Part shown: in pieces, positions 36,660-49,100 of the stretch
How positions within the stretch are numbered: the first letter of the stretch is position 1
Layout of the letters: every line of letters begins with the position of its first letter
DNA from: Octopus bimaculoides
Lineage: Eukaryota
Direction of reading: 5' to 3'
Assembly (NCBI RefSeq): GCF_001194135.2
Contig: NC_068983.1
Coordinates: 24,014,635-24,071,761 of the forward strand
Length of the DNA: 57,127 bases
Position numbers and translations under genes: made by a program
Notes under the pieces: model-generated
The model's input: only the letters and a program-made list of their open reading frames with translations
Databases searched by the model: none
What the model was told of the DNA's origin: nothing

Positions 36660-36738
36660 ACTACATGAGTACCTATATCGCTAAAAAAATAAAAGTATTT
36701 TTGACTTCTATTTTTAGCGATATAGGTACTCAAGTAGT
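36660..36738. repeat. Hairpin with 28-bp arms (1 mismatch) at a gap edge
   Basis: ACTACATGAGTACCTATATCGCTAAAAA / TTTTTAGCGATATAGGTACTCAAGTAGT. Confidence 0.85.
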
Positions 36739-37076
36739 NNNNNNNNNNNNNNNNNNNNNNNNNNNNNNNNNNNNNNNNNNNNNNNNNNNNNNNNNNNNNN
36801 NNNNNNNNNNNNNNNNNNNNNNNNNNNNNNNNNNNNNNNNNNNNNNNNNNNNNNNNNNNNNNNNNNNNNNNNNNNNNNNNNNNNNNNNNNNNNNNNNNNN
36901 NNNNNNNNNNNNNNNNNNNNNNNNNNNNNNNNNNNNNNNNNNNNNNNNNNNNNNNNNNNNNNNNNNNNNNNNNNNNNNNNNNNNNNNNNNNNNNNNNNNN
37001 NNNNNNNNNNNNNNNNNNNNNNNNNNNNNNNNNNNNNNNNNNNNNNNNNNNNNNNNNNNNNNNNNNNNNNNNNNNN

Positions 37077-37104
<28 letters not shown>

Positions 37105-37107
<3 letters not shown>

Positions 37108-37335
37108 GAAGGCACATGGTTCAGTGGTTAGAGCGTCGATCTTACGACCGTGAGGCTGTAAGTTCAAATCCCGGACTGGGCTGCATGTTGTGTTCTTGAG
37201 TAAGACACTTTATTTCACGTTGCCCCAAGTACCAAGTACCAAGCTGTGTTGGCCTTTGCCTTTCCCTTGGATAACATCGGTGGTATGAGGCTGGTATGCA
37301 TGGGTGACTGCTGGTCTTCCATTAACAACCTTGCC
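37105..37335 (+). mobile_element. SINE family E with deletions
   Basis: GTGAAGGCACATGGTTCAGTGGTTAGAGCG...GTTCAAATCCC...GGTCTTCCATTAACAACCTTGCC. Confidence 0.8.
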
Positions 37336-38539
37336 TATAGCTACCTATCTATAATGTTTGTAGGCTTTTTGGGTGCCTTGTATTTTTAAGGGTTTTTTGA
37401 CATATATCTTTTTTATATTTTTGCATGTCCCACATGCTATACCTTCATTTATGTATTCTTTATTATTATTATTATTATTATTTTTTCCTGCTGTACCCTT
37501 ATTTTTATTTTTATTTTTATTTCTATTTATATTTTGATTTTAATTTAATTTTTTATTTTTATTTCTATCTTATTTTTGCTGTTGTTTTTCTTCTGGCCTC
37601 TACCACACCTCTGTTTTTACCTCTTGCTCTNNNNNNNNNNNNNNNNNNNNNNNNNNNNNNNNNNNNNNNNNNNNNNNNNNNNNNNNNNNNNNNNNNNNNN
37701 NNNNNNNNNNNNNNNNNNNNNNNNNNNNNNNNNNNNNNNNNNNNNNNNNNNNNNNNNNNNNNNNNNNNNNNNNNNNNNNNNNNNNNNNNNNNNNNNNNNN
37801 NNNNNNNNNNNNNNNNNNNNNNNNNNNNNNNNNNNNNNNNNNNNNNNNNNNNNNNNNNNNNNNNNNNNNNNNNNNNNNNNNNNNNNNNNNNNNNNNNNNN
37901 NNNNNNNNNNNNNNNNNNNNNNNNNNNNNNNNNNNNNNNNNNNNNNNNNNNNNNNNNNNNNNNNNNNNNNNNNNNNNNNNNNNNNNNNNNNNNNNNNNNN
38001 NNNNNNNNNNNNNNNNNNNNNNNNNNNNNNNNNNNNNNNNNNNNNNNNNNNNNNNNNNNNNNNNNNNNNNNNNNNNNNNNNNNNNNNNNNNNNNNNNNNN
38101 NNNNNNNNNNNNNNNNNNNNNNNNNNNNNNNNNNNNNNNNNNNNNNNNNNNNNNNNNNNNNNNNNNNNNNNNNNNNNNNNNNNNNNNNNNNNNNNNNNNN
38201 NNNNNNNNNNNNNNNNNNNNNNNNNNNNNNNNNNNNNNNNNNNNNNNNNNNNNNNNNNNNNNNNNNNNNNNNNNNNNNNNNNNNNNNNNNNNNNNNNNNN
38301 NNNNNNNNNNNNNNNNNNNNNNNNNNNNNNNNNNNNNNNNNNNNNNNNNNNNNNNNNNNNNNNNNNNNNNNNNNNNNNNNNNNNNNNNNNNNNNNNNNNN
38401 NNNNNNNNNNNNNNNNNNNNNNNNNNNNNNNNNNNNNNNNNNNNNNNNNNNNNNNNNNNNNNNNNNNNNNNNNNNNNNNNNNNNNNNNNNNNNNNNNNNN
38501 NNNNNNNNNNNNNNNNNNNNNNNNNNNNNNNNNNNNNNN

Positions 38540-38581
<42 letters not shown>

Positions 38582-38689
38582 CACACATGTACACACACAA
38601 ACACACATACACACATACACACACACACTCACATGCAGACACACACATATAATATATGAAGTCTAGACCATACCAGTATGACAAACGGC

Positions 38690-38707
38690 TGTTAAATGAT
38701 GATGATT

Positions 38708-38761
<54 letters not shown>

Positions 38762-39075
38762 GTTATGGTGATGATGGTGATGAAGATGATGATGGCAATG
38801 ACGACGACGATGATTTATATAATACATGATACATATATATGTATGTAATTATATATGTATGTACATATGTATTTATGTATGTATGTACTTTTGATGTATG
38901 TAAGCATGTATGTATATAGGTAGGTAGGTTGGTAAGTGAGTATGTAGTTAGTTTGTTAGGTAGGTAGGTAGGTAGGTTGGCAGGTAGGTAGGTAGGTAGG
39001 TAGGTCGATAGGTAGGTCGGTAGGTAGGGAGATAGGTAGGTAGGCAGGTAGGTTGGTAACTGGGAAGGTAGGTGT
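38690..39075. repeat. (GAT)n, (TATG)n and (GTAG)n microsatellite block
   Basis: Direct reading. Confidence 0.9.
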
Positions 39076-39983
39076 GCATAGTAAAATTTATAGATGTTGA
39101 AGACAGTTCCAATCAATAGTCGGAATGACTGACTATATAGAAAGAGTAAGCTACTTTAACGGATAGATACACAGAAATTGACCTTAGAATTTCAGTCCAT
39201 TAACGGAATCATCAAAATATGTTAGAATTTTCAGATACATCATTGCTTTTATTGCTGTTGGAGATTCATCTGTATAAACGTTCTCACTCACTTTTAGTAA
39301 CCCATTTATAGACTTTTGCAGAACACTAAAATAACTATATTATGCTACATTGCATTATATTATATAAATATTAAATTACATTATGTGCAAGAAGGCCATT
39401 TTTACTCTGAAATGTAAACAACACAAAAAATAGTCGCATTGTATAAAAGTGTGTTTGTGTAGTGCCAGGTAATTTAGTACATCGGTAAATATGCAATAAA
39501 TTGAATATGTAGAGTTTGTTGTCTGATTTTTCCATTCTTAGTCTTGATCCCAGTTTAAAGAAATTTTCTAACTTGATTAAATGTTTGTTTATAAGCTAAC
39601 TATGATGGCCATAGTTTTGCATTTATCTTCTAAAACTGGAAGGATTTATATGTACTCTAAGTAACCTTGGATAAATAAAACCATTGCTATATAAATCATT
39701 ATAGTCTGTGAATTCTTATATACTGTATGTATGTATGTATGTATGTATGTATGTATGTATGTATGTATATGTGTGGGTGGGTGTCTGCAGGTATGCATGT
39801 GTATGTGTGCGTATGTATGTGTATATATGTTTGTGCATGTGTATGTATGTGTCTATGTATACGTATGTGTGTATGTGTGTCTCCTCTATTTTTTAATTAC
39901 TATAAATCTTCTACTGAGGACAGAGCTGGTTTCCAACAAAGATACATGGCTCCATCTTTGGGATGTAGTTAACTCAGACAAAT

Positions 39984-40528
39984 TTACATTTGGAACTTGA
40001 GAAAAATCTTGCATATTTTTACTGTTCCATTTACAAATTGCACTAGTAATGTATAAATTAGCCAGGTGATTTCTCTTTCTGAAAATCCCAGTTTATCCAG
40101 ATTCCCATTTAAGCATTTACTAACAAAACCTAGTGCTCTATTATTGGTATGAATCTGAATTCATAGTCTGGATACAGAATCTGGAGGATTCGAAGCAGTT
40201 ATCCATAGGTATCCTCTTTTTCTTTGATTTTCAAAGAGATATGTATATTTGCAGGACAGCTCACCTCTATGATGGTACATACCTTTGCCCCTCTGTCCCA
40301 AACAACAATATTTGGCCTGTTATGTTTACATTTGACAGAAGTTTTGATGGGAATATTCCATTAGTATTCCTTGAGTTGGTGTTCACGAATGTATTCTATA
40401 ACAGAGGGATTTTCTAACTTCAATTCAGGGCAGTCTTTTTTGCAGATAGCATTGTAAATTGTTTTAGCAACATCATACCGCATAGGGAGGTAGTACAGTG
40501 ATGACATTTTAGGACAGCTGCTAATCGC
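39984..40528 (-). pseudogene. R4/Dong-type non-LTR retrotransposon C-terminus with a restriction-like endonuclease (RLE) domain
   Basis: ISSCPKMSSLYYLPMRYD...KHNRPNIVVWDRGAKVCTIIEVSCPA...KIKEKEDTYG...ALGFV...GTVKICKIFLKFQM*. This is the PD-(D/E)xK pattern (PD mutated to PN), ending at a natural stop at 39984-39986. Confidence 0.85.
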
Positions 40529-40610
40529 ATGTTTGTATGTAAGTATGTCATTATTCAGTTATATTTCAAGATTTCTTGCCAATAGAGAAAAATCTGGTTT
40601 CTAACCTAGA

Positions 40611-40613
<3 letters not shown>

Positions 40614-40651
<38 letters not shown>

Positions 40652-40760
40652 TTAATGTCTGTTTTCCATGGGTTGGATGGTTTGACTGAAAATTGGTAAG
40701 CTGGGGAGCCACACCAAGTTCCAGTCTGATTTGGCATGGTTTCTACAGCTGGAATTTCAA
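40614..40760 (-). mobile_element. Family C 3' end
   Basis: (CAT)n TTTAATGTCTGTTTTCCATGGGTTGGATGG...TTTCTACAGCTGGA. Confidence 0.75.
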
Positions 40761-40834
40761 CAACATCAATAGGGTATTTTTGTATGTGCATATGTATATG
40801 TCTAGATTTGTACGTTTTGTTTTATGTATGTATC

Positions 40835-40945
40835 CTCATGCATATAAGGAAAGTTGATTTCACTGACCCCAATGCTCAACCAACTGGTACTTATCTTATT
40901 AACACTGAAAAGATGAAAGGCAGATTCAACTGCTGAGGTTGAATT
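40835..40945 (-). mobile_element. SINE family A fragment
   Basis: GACCCCAATGCTCAACCAACTGGTACTTAT...GATGAAAGGCAGATTCAAC. Confidence 0.6.
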
Positions 40946-41124
40946 TGCCTTTAATTTTATGGTTAATTAATTAACCATGGTGATTAATCTACCTCATCAT
41001 CTTTTCGATCTTCACATGACCCATTTTGTGAAAATCACTGGTCTAGAGGAAGAGGCTGTGAACTGAGCTTCACGGGCTCTCCAAGACTGGTTTTTAATTG
41101 ATGTTGTTAGTATCTATAGCATGT

Positions 41125-41545
41125 TAGTGGCTATAGGAAGAATATGTGTGGATTGAGAATTCCAGTGGGTTGACAAACTGGAGTATTAAGGAATGGATGT
41201 AGTGCTTCATGAGGAGTTTGACTGAAATCAACGCCATGATATAGACGATAAGAGAAAGAGAGACAAGGGATTTTGGGAATGTCTGGATGGGCTGGTATAT
41301 GACACCAGCCAGCTTTGAGAACTTAGAGTCCACTGTTGTAATGGTAAAAGAGATTGAGTGAGGAAATAGCACATCTATGGGTCAAAGACTGGAGTTTGAA
41401 TGTACAGGTGAGTGATTTTGTGTCAGCCACCTGAGTGGCCTTTCTTTTAGGAGTGGTCAAGAAGGTCTGAATACGCAGCAGCTGTACTGTCCTACATATG
41501 AGAGCAATGCTTTTTAGTGAGCAATGAAGCAATGGTCAATACTTC
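41125..41545 (-). pseudogene. CR1/Jockey-group LINE ORF2 C-terminal remnant
   Basis: CSHM*DS...DLLDH; LQSLTHRCAISSLNLFYHYNSG; HSLI...WNS. This matches the 'EYCSHIW...SLxHRRxVASLxLFYRY...SFxPRTxxLWNxLP' tail pattern. Confidence 0.55.
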
Positions 41546-41571
41546 ATTGTGAGTTTCATAAAAACTTAGCA

Positions 41572-41962
41572 TAGTAAGTAGCTTGCTTACCAACCACATG
41601 GTTCTGAGTTCAGTCCCACTGTGTGGCATCTTGGGCAAGTGTCTTCTACTATAGCCTCGGGCCGACCAAAGCCTTGCGAGTGGATTTGGTAGATGGAAAC
41701 TGAAAGAAGCCTGTCGTATATATGTATATATATATATATATATTTATGTGTGTGTATATGTTTGTGTGTCTGTGTTTGTCCCCCCAATTTCGCTTGGCAA
41801 CTGATGGTGGTGTGTTTACATCCCTGTAACTTAGCAGTTCGGCAAAAGAGACCGATAGAATAAGTACTAGGCTTACGAAGAATAAGTCCTGGGGTCGATT
41901 TGCTCAACTCAAGGCGGTGCTCCAGCATGGCCGCAGTCAAATGACTGAAACAAGTAAAGAGA
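41572..41962 (+). mobile_element. SINE family B, near full length
   Basis: Head, (TA)n/(TG)n centre and tail are contiguous. This is the uninterrupted reference copy. Confidence 0.9.
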
Positions 41963-42234
41963 GGGTTAGTAGTCATTAATAACTGATGAATTTTGTGACG
42001 CTGAAGAGGTTAGGCAGTCATTGTACTTTTCTATTTGTTATGCTGAGGTTGTGTACATGCAAGGAGAGACCTTCAGTTGTGGTAAAGCTCTGTATTTGAA
42101 TCATATCATTCCTGTTTCAGGAGTTTGCTTTTGTTATCTACATTCCAATGATGGAACTTTGTCTCTTTGTTAGAAAGCAGCTTCTCTCTGAAAGGAAGAA
42201 TTTGAATAATTAAAAACAGAAGCATACATTCTTA

Positions 42235-42449
42235 TGAGGAGTGCTGAAAAGTTCCTGGCTCTAATGATATCATGAAAGGCCTGGTTGGAGATCCAGCCTT
42301 CTGAGTTCTTTTACAGGGCTTAGAAAAACTGAAGGACCACTTCAGTGAATGGGGGAATCTCTGAGGGGGATATATTGAATAAAATCATAATTACTTATTC
42401 TCCTGTATTTCCTTTTACCCAATTTCAGGGATTTTTCAGCATCCCCTCA
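42235..42449 (+). mobile_element. Mariner-derived MITE
   Basis: TA|TGAGGAGTGCTGAAAAGTTCCTG...CAGGGATTTTTCAGCATCCCCTCA|TA. Contains a transposase C-terminal relic (GLEKL...GDILN/GGYIE*). Confidence 0.75.
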
Positions 42450-42567
42450 TACATTCATACATACATACATCCATACATAAAAACATACATACATACATAC
42501 ATACACACATACACACATACACACATACATACACACATACATACATACATACATACATACATATCAT

Positions 42568-43040
42568 CAGATGAAAGGATGAGCCTATATGAGCAGATGA
42601 CTATGCATGGATATGTTACTAGAAAGCTCTGTGATGATAGTAACATCGATCATCAAAGCAGTTTATCATGGATCAATAGCCCCCACCATGGATCAATGCC
42701 TCCCTCTTTGAAGGGTATGTGTTTGCAATCCAGGAACAGGCAATACCAACTAAGTACCTGATGCACAAAAGAGATAGAGATGCAGGTAAAACCATAAAGT
42801 GTGACAACCGATGCAGACTTTGTGGAGTTCACATTGAAGATATCATCCACATCATAAGCAGTTGTCCAAAAATGTCATCATGGTATTATCTACCGATGAG
42901 ACATGACGTTGTAGCTAGGACACTCTATAACGAAATCTGTCAGAAGGATAATCCTGAGGACAAAGAAATAAGAACCCACAGTATGGTAGAAGCCACAGCC
43001 ACTCATAATAAAAAGGAATACTGATAGAATGTACCAGTGA
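42568..43040 (+). pseudogene. R4/Dong-type ORF fragment with a CCHC zinc knuckle and RHD motif
   Basis: FEGYVFAIQEQAIPTKYL...CRLCGVHIEDIIHIISSCPKMSSWYYLPMRHDVVARTLY. Confidence 0.85.
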
Positions 43041-43044
43041 AGAC

Positions 43045-43482
43045 ACGGAAGCCAGTCAGGGATGGTTCAGACGGTGCTTTTTACATGCCTCAAGCATGGG
43101 TTCCAGTCAGGCTGACCTGGCATTGACCACGATATATGTGTGTGTGTGTGTCACCTTACAGTAACTTGTGCTAGTGGCACGTGAAAAAATATTCGTGTGA
43201 GGTCATTGCCAGTGCCGCTGGACTGGCTCCTGTACAGGTGGCACGTAAAAAACACTATTTTGAGCATGGTCGTTGCCAGTACCACCTGACTGACCCTCGT
43301 TCCAGTGGCATGTAAAGGCACTCACTACACTCTCAGAGTGGTTGGCGTTAGGAAGGGCATCCAACTGTAGAAACTCTGCCAAATCAGATTGGAGCCTGGT
43401 GCAGCCATCTGGCTCACCAGTCCCCAATCAGACCATCCAACCCATGCTAGCATGGAAAGCGGACGTTAAACGATGAGGATGA
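43045..43482 (+). mobile_element. Family C RTE-type 3' end
   Basis: GTGGCACGTAAAA repeats...GGAAAGCGGACGTTAAACGATGAGGATG. Confidence 0.85.
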
Positions 43483-43490
43483 TGATGATA

Positions 43491-43521
<31 letters not shown>

Positions 43522-43839
43522 ATATGTATGATGTATAAGTGTTTGTGTGTGTGCATGTGTGTGTAATCTTGTCTTCCCATCTCTGTCTTGACAGTCTTTA
43601 TCGTTGTAATAAGGTTGTCATTGTTTATGTCAGCCACTAAACAGATGAAGTTATCGAGCAATTCACTTACTAGAAACTATCTAAGGTACTTATGCTCCTA
43701 ATTTAGGGGAAGGAGTAGTTTACTTGGATACAAATAAGGTTTGGCAAAAGGAAGGGCATCTAGCCTATAGGAAAACTATCTCAGTAATTTCTCATCTAAC
43801 TCATGCAGCCATGAAAAAGAAAATGTGAAAATAATGATG

Positions 43840-44380
43840 TGGATGATGACAGTGATGATGATGATTGTGATGATGCGGAAGAAGAAGCGGAGAAAGATGA
43901 TGATGATGATGATGATGATGATGACAATGTAGTCAATGATTGTGGTCGTGATGGTGGTGGTGGTGGTGGTGGTGGTGGTGATGACAATGACAATGAGGAG
44001 GATGTTGATGATGATGATGATGAGGAGGAGGAGGACAATGAAGTCAATGATGGTGGTGGTGGTGGTTGTTAGATGATGATGATGAGGAGGNNNNNNNNNN
44101 NNNNNNNNNNNNNNNNNNNNNNNNNNNNNNNNNNNNNNNNNNNNNNNNNNNNNNNNNNNNNNNNNNNNNNNNNNNNNNNNNNNNNNNNNNNNNNNNNNNN
44201 NNNNNNNNNNNNNNNNNNNNNNNNNNNNNNNNNNNNNNNNNNNNNNNNNNNNNNNNNNNNNNNNNNNNNNNNNNNNNNNNNNAGGAGGAAGAAGAAGGGA
44301 GAAGAAGGGAGAGGAGGGAGAAGAAGGGAGAGATGGAGAGGACAGAGAAGAAGGGCGGAGGGAGGAGGAAGTGGTGGGTA
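43840..44380. repeat. (GAT)/(GGT)/(GAG) low-complexity block spanning a gap
   Basis: Direct reading. Confidence 0.9.
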
Positions 44381-44892
44381 AAGAAGATACAAAATATGCA
44401 TGTGTGTGAGTATGTGTGTATGTTGTGTGCACGTGTGTATGTATGCATGTGTGTGTGCAACAAGGGCAATTGTTGAATTTCTCTACTTAGCTCTGCCTGG
44501 CCAGACCTTTAACACAGGGTTAGCTGTCTAAACGAATGTTTTGAATTGCAGTCTTCAAGACTCAAATTTTCGATCTATTTATTTGGAACTTTCACTGTGT
44601 GTTTAGTCAGTTTTATACGATCTGCCATGCTGCTGAGCTTGTATAATGGCATCCTTGATATATTGTGAATTGCATGTAGTATTGTATTATCCTCTTTATT
44701 CTCTAACGAGGGGCCTTGTCTAAAACATTTGTCTCACTACTTCATCTCAATTATCTCGAAAGATTTCTTATTTTTATTGTAATGCAGCAAGTATTGGTCT
44801 GCTAATTCCACTGATTATCCTTATTTTATTATTTGATTTGTTATTCCATTAAGAGTTGTGTGTCAGTGTGTGTGTCAGTGTGTGTGTGTGTT

Positions 44893-44923
<31 letters not shown>

Positions 44924-45038
44924 CAGTGTGTGTGTGTGGATTTGTGCATATCTGCATATGTGCCGAGAGCTTTGTTGAGGTCATGTGCTGTGCTGAAACC
45001 GTCCTGTAAGTTTGGAGAAGGAAAAAAAGAGGGAAGAA

Positions 45039-45040
<2 letters not shown>

Positions 45041-45085
<45 letters not shown>

Positions 45086-45290
45086 TTAACGTCCGCTTTC
45101 CATGCTAGCATGGGTTGGATGATTTGATTGGGGACTGGTGAAAACCAGATGGCTACACCAGACTCTCATCTGATCTGGCAGAGTTTCTACAGCTGGATGC
45201 CCTTCCTAACGCCAACCACTCCAAGAGTGTAGTGAGTGCTTTTTGCGTGCCACCAGCACGAGGGCCAGTCTGGTCCAGTCTGAGGGCATA
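45041..45290 (-). mobile_element. Family C 3' end with a (CAT)n tail
   Basis: TTTAACGTCCGCTTTCCATGCTAGCATGGG... Confidence 0.9.
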
Positions 45291-45504
45291 TTCTTCCTTG
45301 AATAATAACACACAACAAAGAAGAAACCTTCGATTTTTGGGGGTTTTTTTTTCTTTTACTCAGAGTGACTAAAATATTACCAGCTGAGTACTGGGGTCGA
45401 TGTAATCTACTTGCACCCTTCCCATAAATTGCTGGTCTTCTGCCAAATTTTGGAACCAATATTAAGTCTATTAAATGGCTGGATTAAGTAAGTCTACCAT
45501 ATAA

Positions 45505-45772
45505 TAAGTCATGGCATGATTTGAACTCAGAATGCAGAGAGCTAGAATAAATATTCTTTTCTACTCTAGGTACAAGGCCCGAAATTTTGGGGGAGGTAGC
45601 CAATCGATTAGATCGACCCCAATACGCAACTGGTACTTAATTTATCAACCCCTAAGGGATGAAATGCAAAGTCGACCTTGGCGGAATTTGAACTCAGAAC
45701 ACAAAGATAGATGAAATACTGCTAAGCATTTCGTACTGCGTGCTAATGTTTCTGCCAGCTTGCCACCTTAAC
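45505..45772 (-). mobile_element. SINE family A plus the start of a second tandem unit
   Basis: Full head through the tail CTTGTACCTAGAGTAGAAAAG, followed by a second CTGAGTTCAAATC. Confidence 0.85.
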
Positions 45773-46021
45773 GAGGATAAATATTGCAAAGCAACTAGTC
45801 TAACATGTTTACAGTTCCACCTATCCACCATCCTAGATTGGCATATTTTTATTGACTCAAGAAGGGTCAAAGGTTAAATTGACCTCAGCAGTATTTGAAC
45901 TTGAAGTGCAGAGAATCAGAACAAATACTACAAGCCATTCTAGCTGATGCTCTAATAATTCTGCCAGTTCACCTCCCTATCACTCATCCTCATCCTCATC
46001 ATCGATCATCAATCATCATTG

Positions 46022-46078
<57 letters not shown>

Positions 46079-46411
46079 CCATCGTTGTTGCTGTCATCTT
46101 TGTCATCATCATCAACATCATTTAGCATGTGTTTTCTGTACTGGCATAAGTTTGACTATACTGACCACTTCCCATCCATGTAGTTTGGGGGTTCAGTCCT
46201 ATGGTGTTACACCTTGGGTAAGTGTCTCCTAGCACAACCTTGTGCTGACCAAAGCCTTGCGAGTGCATCTGGCAGGCATAAACTAAAAGTCTGCTGTGTA
46301 TATAGCATATGTGTTTGTGACAATGATTGTGTCTCCTTGTCTGGCATTCAGGTGACAGTTACATACAAGTATCCTGTCATACTCAGTCTGTTTCAGAATA
46401 TCAAAAAAAAA

Positions 46412-46658
46412 AAAATAAATGCACCCTTTTTAAAGCCTAGCCAGGCTCATGGGCCTGGTTTCCCAGTTTCTATGGCGTATGTGTTCTCCAGCTGGACAGG
46501 ACGCCAGTCCATCACAGTGTTACTCATTTTTGCCAGCTGAGTGGACTGGAACAACGTGAAATGAAGTGTTTTGCTCAAGAACACAACGCGTCGCCCGGTC
46601 CAGGAATTGAAACCACAATCTTACGATCATGGTGCTGACACCCTAACCACTAAGCCAT
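46412..46658 (-). mobile_element. SINE family G (V-domain-like tail)
   Basis: Reverse complement of the 55182-55437 copy. Confidence 0.85.
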
Positions 46659-46904
46659 GCACCTCCATTTTCAGAATATTACTGTTTCAAATATCTAACT
46701 TTCTAGCTTCCTTGGATATATCAGGTCATCCCATAAGTTCTGTCCGATTTTACCTTTTTTAAAATTGAATGAAATTTAATTGCATTTTAGAATGTCTAAT
46801 GGAATTAAAAATTATTTTTATGCAATTGTGTACATTTAAACTAATTAAATATTATTTTACAGAATAATAGAATTAAAATTTATTTGATTTAAACCCTTTC
46901 TAAC

Positions 46905-47025
46905 ATGGAAGTATCAGAATAGACAATGGAGTCTGGTGCAGCCCTTGACTTTACCAACTCTGGTCAAACTGTCCGACCCATGCCAGCATGGAAAACATAT
47001 GCTAAATGATGATGATGATGATGTG
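46905..47025 (+). mobile_element. Family C 3' end
   Basis: GGAGTCTGGTGCAGCC...CCCATGCCAGCATGGAAAAC...(GAT)n. Confidence 0.7.
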
Positions 47026-47904
47026 AATGTGGACACACTGCACACTGTCGTAAGATTTGATTATGTGTATTGATACATGGCCTCTATTTCTTTTGTATAG
47101 AAGCAGCATTTTTGATGATACTGTGGTTTACAAGAAAGTTTACAAAAGCAAAGCAGCAACACATTTTTGACAAAACTGGTGAAAAGGCATTTTTCTTTTT
47201 TTTGTAAGAGACACCATGGATTATTTGAAACAGAGTAAGAATTTCTAGCACATTTACTAAGCAGTTTATCCAATTAAAAAAACACACACACACACACACA
47301 TACACACACACATACACACACACACACATACACACACACACACACATACACACACACACACACACATGTGCATGCAAACATGTACATACACATGCATATG
47401 CACGTATGAACCTGCACATATATGTACACACACATGCACCTAAATACAACCTTGCACTCCAACATACACGCGCACATACTTGCACATGTATTTTATCCAA
47501 TTAACTGCACTGATATGCACTCATTTAGAGGAATCTCTGTTGGTTTTGATAACAAAGATTCAGTTGTTCAATTAACCGAATTGCTTTCTCATTGAATTAG
47601 CATGTAGGTGACTGAATATTCCTAAGACACATGTACTCATGATGTAATTTCAAGACAGATTTTACAAGAAATACAGCTACATTCTATCAGACAGGCTTCT
47701 GTGTAGTTTCCGTATCAGGTAATTTTATTCACTAATTTCTGCAGAACATTATCTACAGAAAACAACATTTGCCCAAGATACTATGCAGTGGGATTGAACT
47801 CAGGATCTCATCTGCAAAGCAAACTTCTTAACCATTCAGCTTTAGTGTATTTATGCATGCTGGAGTGTGATAGCTGCAACTTGATTCCCAGTAATATCAT
47901 AGCT

Positions 47905-48125
47905 TGATTAAGGTGGTGAGCAGGTAGAGTTGTTAGCATGCCGAACAAAATGCCTAGTGAGTTCAAATTCAGCCAAGGTCAATTTTGCCTTTCATCCTTT
48001 TGAGGTCTTTTTGAGGCCCTTTCGGGATCAATAAAACCCAGTTGAACCGACCCCAGTTGAATGGGGTAATTAACTTATCCCATCCCCCAAAATTGTTGGC
48101 CTTGTGGCAAAATTTGAAACCAATA
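47905..48125 (+). mobile_element. SINE family A
   Basis: AAGGTGGTGAGCAGGTAGAG...GAGTTCAAATTCAGCC...GTGGCAAAATTTGAAACCAAT. Confidence 0.7.
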
Positions 48126-48166
48126 TCATAGCTGGTTCTTTTTCTTAAACATGAACAGCACTGGTG

Positions 48167-48278
48167 TGGCTCATTTGTACAATGGCTCATTTGTACAATA
48201 TCTCATTTGTACAATGGCTCATTTGTACAATGGCTCATTTGTACAATGGCTAATTTGTACAATACCTCATTTGTACAA
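48167..48278. repeat. Minisatellite, 7 x 16 bp (TGGCTCATTTGTACAA)
   Basis: Seven contiguous units, four perfect. Confidence 0.95.
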
Positions 48279-48804
48279 ATATGGCATCAATGGGTACCTC
48301 TTGCAACCAGTGTTCAGTGAGCTTACCACCTGTACCTTCATTCCATTACTGAAATTTTAATCAAATGTTTTGCCTTTGTTTGCTATAGTCAAGAAAGATG
48401 TAATAGAGATGGAATCAAGTGATGCCTGTGCTTGAACCTTTTTAAAGTGAGGAAAGGACTTGCAGAGAGCCATCCCATTCTTTGAACAACACATACACTT
48501 GCCCTTAAAGGAAAACTAGTCTACATCATTAGATGCAAACAACGTCACAGGTGTTACAACAATGTTTTATTTTTTCTCCTAGAACGATGTCTTAATAAAA
48601 ACGAAGTGTCTCAACTTTACTGTATTCATCCACCTTTGACAGGTTTTGTATTCGTCCTGCAAGGTGTCCAATGAAAACCACCCTTTTTACCAAGCAGGCT
48701 TGGTAGGGTTGCCAGTTTCATTGTTAACAGTCCAATCATGCAACAAGTTGTAGAGGGTTACTGGTCACCAGCAGCACTAAGAGCGCTACTAGTGAATTAT
48801 GTGC

Positions 48805-48858
<54 letters not shown>

Positions 48859-49026
48859 TTCATGAATTTTTTTATTTATTAATTTTTTTTTTTAAATACA
48901 TATTTTAACCGTGAATTTGCGTGTGTAAACTGGGAATGCATACAATGAGCTTCTCTGCCCTAAGTGTACGGAAAACACTCGGCAAGAAATGGGAGAAAAT
49001 TTGAAGAAAGAAGAAAAAAAAACATC

Positions 49027-49075
<49 letters not shown>

Positions 49076-49100
49076 TAATGGTAATAATAATAATAATAAT

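Noticed and set aside
39173-39222. Hammerhead-like string on the minus strand (TTGATGA-TTCC-GTTAAT-GGACT-GAAA...GTC)
   Set aside because: C3 is mutated, the stem II closing pair and stem III are imperfect, and stem I is weak. It is too degenerate to call.
48167-48278. CRISPR-like appearance of short regular repeats (also the SINE-A trimer at 51322)
   Set aside because: The units are contiguous with no unique spacers, there are no cas genes, and the context is eukaryotic.
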